Assembly (NCBI GenBank): GCA_963808235.1
Contig: CAWEEQ010000004.1
Location: forward strand, 1,536,001-1,600,000
Direction: 5' to 3'
From: an uncultured delta proteobacterium
GTDB lineage: Bacteria > Desulfobacterota > Binatia > Binatales > Binataceae
DNA: 64,000 nt
This document shows, in pieces, positions 59,954 through 64,000 of the stretch. Below the pieces are notes generated by a model. It did no database searches. It was not told where the DNA came from and saw only the letters and a list, made by a program, of their open reading frames with translations. The number at the start of each line of letters is the position of its first letter. The stretch's first letter is position 1. Made by a program: the position numbers and the translations under genes.

Positions 59954-61525
59954 CTAAAACATGAAAGTGATCGGACTCGACGCCGCGAACGCCCACGCGA
60001 AAAACAGGCTCTCCGCCGCCGCGATCAACACCAGGTTGCGCGACGCGCTGTACGCCGCCGCGGCGAAGATCTCCATGATCGCCAGGTTGAGCACCTGGAT
60101 CGGCAAGACCAGCATCAACACGAACGGCAGAATATGGAAGTGCACGCCCACGACCATCAGGAGCAGGATCAGCACCCGCCCGATCGACGCGATGAAGGTC
60201 GAAAAAGCGAGACCGCCCCGGCGCAGAATAAATTCAAAGCCCATCCAGAACGGAAATAGCAACACGCTCCCAATCGCCAGCGCCGTCACCCGCTCCGGCG
60301 AAAGCGACAGGTTGTGCAGCGCCGGAGAGATCGCGACCATGCACACATAGATGATTGCGAAGCCAAACGCACCGGCAAGAAAAGCGGGGCCGAAGCCTTC
60401 GCGAATTCGGTTCCAGTCGATCGGCCACCAAACAGCCAGCGCTATGATCGCAATAAGACCCGCGACCCAGAACCACGAGATCTGGATATCTCCGATCACC
60501 AGCTCTACAAACGCCGCCGGCGTAGCAGTCGAGATCAGCGGCATCGCCGCGATCAGCGCGACGCCAACGATAAGCAGCCCGATCCACCAGCTCACGCCGG
60601 CGCGATCTTCCGGCCACGCCGGCACTATCGATCCCGCCAGCCGCCCGATCGGCACCAGCAGAAGCACGAACAGTATCAGCGCGATTCTCGCGGTCTTTAC
60701 TCGCGGTTCGGACACGTTGATCGCGCCGCTGCGAGTGGTTCCAAACGTGCTGTCGAGCCATTTCACGATCGTCGTCGCCGCATCGGGAGAAAAAATGATT
60801 CCGGCATGATCGACGCCCGGAACTCGCACCGCTTCGATCGCGTTACCCTGCGCGAAATCGCCGTACAGTTTGCCCGGTTCGACTTGCGCCACGCCCGCCA
60901 GATGAGCCGCGAGCGCGAGCGAAGGCCCCTGGATCGCATCGGCCGGGTCATGTTCCGCGAAAATAAACAACGCGTTCTTCGGGCGCTCCGGTCCGAGCGT
61001 CCATCCGCCCGAAATCATCACCGCGCCCTTGAGATTCGGATCGTTAGTCGCGTAGTCGAGCGCGGCGCCCGCGCCCATCGAATGCCCCATCACCACGATT
61101 CGCGATCCGTCGACCTGCTCGTACCGGCGGAGAAATTCCACCGCGGTCTTGACGTTGTCGCGCAGCTTGCCCTCTCCGGGGCCTTCGTTGTTGAACGGAT
61201 TGCGATTCTCACCGTGCCCGTTCACGTCGATCGCAAGCACCGCGTATCCGTTTTCCGTTATCCGCCGCGCGAGCGCGCTCATCGTCTCCCGATCCGCGCT
61301 GAAGCCATGCACCAGCACCACCGCGGCCGGTCGCTCGGCCGGCGGCTTGGGGAACTGATTGAAAAATGGATACCCGCCACCCGGCAGATAAATCGTCGCC
61401 GGCTCCATCCCCGGCAGCAGCATGTCCGCATGCGCCGGGCCGCCTTCGTTGAGACGCCCAAGCCGCGCGACCACAAGCACGAACAGCACCGCCAGCACGA
61501 TTGCGATGATGCGCCAAATTTTCAT
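59954..61525 (-). CDS. Membrane-bound alpha/beta hydrolase (hydrolase domain plus multi-TM C-terminus)
   Basis: VHGF, GHG, GHSMG; about 7 C-terminal TMs. Confidence 0.85.
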   Translation of the reverse strand: MKIWRIIAIVLAVLFVLVVARLGRLNEGGPAHADMLLPGMEPATIYLPGGGYPFFNQFPKPPAERPAAVVLVHGFSADRETMSALARRITENGYAVLAIDVNGHGENRNPFNNEGPGEGKLRDNVKTAVEFLRRYEQVDGSRIVVMGHSMGAGAALDYATNDPNLKGAVMISGGWTLGPERPKNALFIFAEHDPADAIQGPSLALAAHLAGVAQVEPGKLYGDFAQGNAIEAVRVPGVDHAGIIFSPDAATTIVKWLDSTFGTTRSGAINVSEPRVKTARIALILFVLLLVPIGRLAGSIVPAWPEDRAGVSWWIGLLIVGVALIAAMPLISTATPAAFVELVIGDIQISWFWVAGLIAIIALAVWWPIDWNRIREGFGPAFLAGAFGFAIIYVCMVAISPALHNLSLSPERVTALAIGSVLLFPFWMGFEFILRRGGLAFSTFIASIGRVLILLLMVVGVHFHILPFVLMLVLPIQVLNLAIMEIFAAAAYSASRNLVLIAAAESLFFAWAFAASSPITFMF

Positions 61526-62025
61526 CGCGCACTCACCGCGCGGCTGGATGCGGCATGATGCTTCGCAACTTTCTCAATCGGTACGTCTTTCTTGTGCGTC
61601 GCAACCATCCAGATATGGCCGAACGGATCTGTCAGCGCGCCAATTCTGTCGCCCCATTCCTTGTCCGCCACCGGCTCCATCACTTTCGCGCCCGCGGCGA
61701 CAGCGCGTTTGAACACCGCGTCCGAGTCGTCGACGTAAACATAAAAATGCACCGGCGTGCCGCCCAGCGAGTCCGGACTGCGCGACCAACCCTTGGCCGC
61801 CCACTCGGCGACATGTTTCGAGCTGTCGTCGGAAATTCTGATCAGCGAATCGCCGATCTTCAGCACCGAGTGATTAACCTTCCCGTCCGGCTCCGCCATC
61901 CGTTCCAACTCGGTCGCGCCGAACGCCTGGCGATAAAACTCGACCGCGCGCGCCGCGTCCTTGACGCTCAGAAAAGGGGTCACGCTATGCCATCCCGCCG
62001 GAATCTTTTTCACTTTGCCAGCCAT
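61522..62025 (-). CDS. VOC family protein (PhnB-like)
   Basis: HSVTPFL, EFYRQAFGA, WGDR, DPFGHIW. Confidence 0.9.
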   Translation of the reverse strand: MAGKVKKIPAGWHSVTPFLSVKDAARAVEFYRQAFGATELERMAEPDGKVNHSVLKIGDSLIRISDDSSKHVAEWAAKGWSRSPDSLGGTPVHFYVYVDDSDAVFKRAVAAGAKVMEPVADKEWGDRIGALTDPFGHIWMVATHKKDVPIEKVAKHHAASSRAVSAR

Positions 62026-62042
62026 AATTGTTCTCCCCGTTG

Positions 62043-63572
62043 CTAGTTCGAGTTCTTCGGCGGCAGATCCCTAAGCGACGTCGCCACGAACCACACATGA
62101 CCAAACGGATCTTCGATTCCTCCGCATCGATCGCCCCAGTCCTTGTCCGCCAGCGGATCGATCACTTTCGCGCCGGCTTCGATCGCGCGCTTCACGACAT
62201 CGTCCACATTCGCGACGTGTACATAAAGATGCACCGGCGAGCCGCCGTACGAGTGCGGCGCGCGCGACAAGTCTCTCGAATCACTCTCGACGATATGGCG
62301 CGCGGTCGGATCCGAAAGCATGACCATCGTATCGCCGATCTTTAACTGCGCGTGACTTACAATCCCATCCTCATCAATTTCGCGATGCAACTCGGTCGCG
62401 CCGAATACCTGCTTGTAAAAATCCGCCGCCCGACCCGCACCCTCGACATACATGAACGGCATGATTCCGCGCCGCGCCACCGTAATCGGCTCGTCGGTCG
62501 CCTTGGATTGTTTCGCGACTTCCGCAACTCGAGGATCATCTGCCATCGAGATCTCCGAAGTCTCGGTCGCCGTCCCGTACAGCATCGATACCGATTTCCG
62601 CGCGAGCTGCCGATGCCACAGTCCCTGCGGGCACACGAACGCCGATCCCGCGCGGATCGTTTCGTGAACCGGCCCGTCGTCGGTCAATACCGTCACCTCG
62701 ACTTCGCCGTCGAGTGCGTAGAGCAACTCGTCGCCGTCCGGATGACGCTCCCACGGCGTCAGCCCCGAGTAACTCATCACGCCGAGCGACAAGTTATCGA
62801 GCTTCGCGACTGTGCGCACCGCCGCGTCAGCTTCCTCTCCGGTAGTGCTCGCGGTGATATTGAGATGCGGCACCTCGCGCAGCGCCGCGCGCAGATCATG
62901 CACCTCGAGGCGTGGCGCGCGCTTCCGCCCGCCTTTCGCCCGAAATTTTCCCTCACGGCGAGGATCTTTCCGCGAGTTCTCGGTCCCCTCGCCCGGCGTC
63001 AGGTAAAGCGCCGCGATCGCCGGCTGCGGGATCGTCTGATGCCAGAGTCCCTGCGGACAGACAAAAAGCGAACCCTCGCGCACCTTCGATCGAACCGGCC
63101 CGCCATCGGTCAGCGTTAGTATTTCCGCCGCCCCTTCGACGACGTAGATCATCTCGTCGCCGCCCGGATGACGCTCCCAACTGGCACCCGTCGCGCGCGA
63201 TACCACCAGCGTGGTGCGGTTCGCCTGCGCAAGGAACTTCATCGACCTATCAGGCAGTCCGACCAGCGCCGCGCGCACGTCATGCGCGACGAGTTGCGGT
63301 TCGTCCGCCATCTCTTTTATCCGCGCGTCAATATCCTCGTGAGTTAATAGCGGCTTGCCGCCAACCGGCTTCGACGCTACCGCCGGAACGCTCGACGCAA
63401 GCTCCGCCTTCAGACTCGATTTGAACTCCGCGCGCGGCATCTCGCGAAGCTCGCCCGCAATTCGAAGTATCGCCCGAAGGCGCGGGTCGAGAGATCGAAG
63501 CGGCGCGTCCGGCCTGGCCATGATCGCCTCCACCGCCTCGTCGAGTTGATCGATTAATTTCCCCTTAGCCAT
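62043..63572 (-). CDS. Helical N-domain + cupin + cupin + VOC protein (putative soluble anti-sigma)
   Basis: Two WERHPxGDE...FVCPQGLWH cupins; C-terminal WGDR..DPFGH VOC; start overlaps the sigma stop. Confidence 0.8.
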   Translation of the reverse strand: MAKGKLIDQLDEAVEAIMARPDAPLRSLDPRLRAILRIAGELREMPRAEFKSSLKAELASSVPAVASKPVGGKPLLTHEDIDARIKEMADEPQLVAHDVRAALVGLPDRSMKFLAQANRTTLVVSRATGASWERHPGGDEMIYVVEGAAEILTLTDGGPVRSKVREGSLFVCPQGLWHQTIPQPAIAALYLTPGEGTENSRKDPRREGKFRAKGGRKRAPRLEVHDLRAALREVPHLNITASTTGEEADAAVRTVAKLDNLSLGVMSYSGLTPWERHPDGDELLYALDGEVEVTVLTDDGPVHETIRAGSAFVCPQGLWHRQLARKSVSMLYGTATETSEISMADDPRVAEVAKQSKATDEPITVARRGIMPFMYVEGAGRAADFYKQVFGATELHREIDEDGIVSHAQLKIGDTMVMLSDPTARHIVESDSRDLSRAPHSYGGSPVHLYVHVANVDDVVKRAIEAGAKVIDPLADKDWGDRCGGIEDPFGHVWFVATSLRDLPPKNSN

Positions 63573-64000
63573 TCGTATCACCTAACCGCACCCGCAAATT
63601 CTGCAGGCCGCGGAATTGAAGCTGCTTTATCGCTCCCTCCGTCCGCTTGAGCGCCGTCGCGATTTCGCGAATCGATTTCTGCTCCGTAAATCGCATCACG
63701 ATTACCCGCGATTGATCGATCGGAAGCCGCTCGACCAGCTTGAACAGCCGCGCGCGCCGTTCGATCTCGTCGAAGTCGGGCCCATGCTCCCCTCGATCGG
63801 GCAGATCCTCGACTTCGACTTCATTTGCGATCCGACGATCCGTGGACTTCGAACGATCGACGATCGCATTTGCCGCGATTCGATATAGCCACGCCGAAAA
63901 CGGCGCCCCGCGCCATTCGAAACGCGCGAGGTTCTTGAGCGCACTGTGAAATACGTCGGCGGTGAGATCCTGCGCGACATCCCGATCGCGAACCCGTCGC
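63565..64000 (-). CDS. ECF sigma-70 factor, 5' truncated by window edge (absent from the ORF track)
   Basis: Manual translation: DVAQDLTADVF...FSAWLYRIAAN...LPIDQSRVIVMRF..KSIREIATALKRTEGAIKQLQFRG. Confidence 0.9.
   Translation of the reverse strand, partial: RRVRDRDVAQDLTADVFHSALKNLARFEWRGAPFSAWLYRIAANAIVDRSKSTDRRIANEVEVEDLPDRGEHGPDFDEIERRARLFKLVERLPIDQSRVIVMRFTEQKSIREIATALKRTEGAIKQLQFRGLQNLRVRLGDTNG

Noticed and set aside
6226-61558. Many long alternative-frame or antisense ORFs (e.g. 6226-7197, 13038-14540, 30683-32107, 32850-34094, 36500-37753, 60314-61558)
   Set aside because: Shadow ORFs typical of high-GC DNA, overlapping well-supported genes and Arg/Ala-rich without motifs

Overview
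GC-rich bacterial chromosomal window. Gene content and the rpmE-prfA-prmC-murA-his order suggest a deltaproteobacteria-like organism, possibly Candidatus Binatota; this is inference, not a database result. I saw no rRNA, tRNA, CRISPR array, integrase or transposase. The main accessory feature is a roughly 12 kb, visibly AT-richer island (15.7-27.5 kb). It holds four separate Tad/Flp pseudopilin (TadE/TadG-like) cassettes of two paralogous types, with no Tad assembly machinery, and an embedded membrane sulfatase/LtaS-like gene. One cassette is heavily frameshifted, and two cassettes share a duplicated ~170 bp promoter/leader. Other notable items: a 3x189 bp tandem array built from REP-like hairpins; a terminator-containing leader before a PhyH-like gene; an FHA / Ser-Thr kinase / PHP signalling operon; an aldolase plus PfkB-SIS fusion operon; a diiron protein plus crotonase pair; an orphan bufferin-like Cys-rich precursor; and an ECF sigma coupled to a cupin-cupin-VOC protein with repeated intergenic elements. 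Single frameshifts in hisA and the PfkB-SIS gene suggest some indels may be sequencing or assembly errors.
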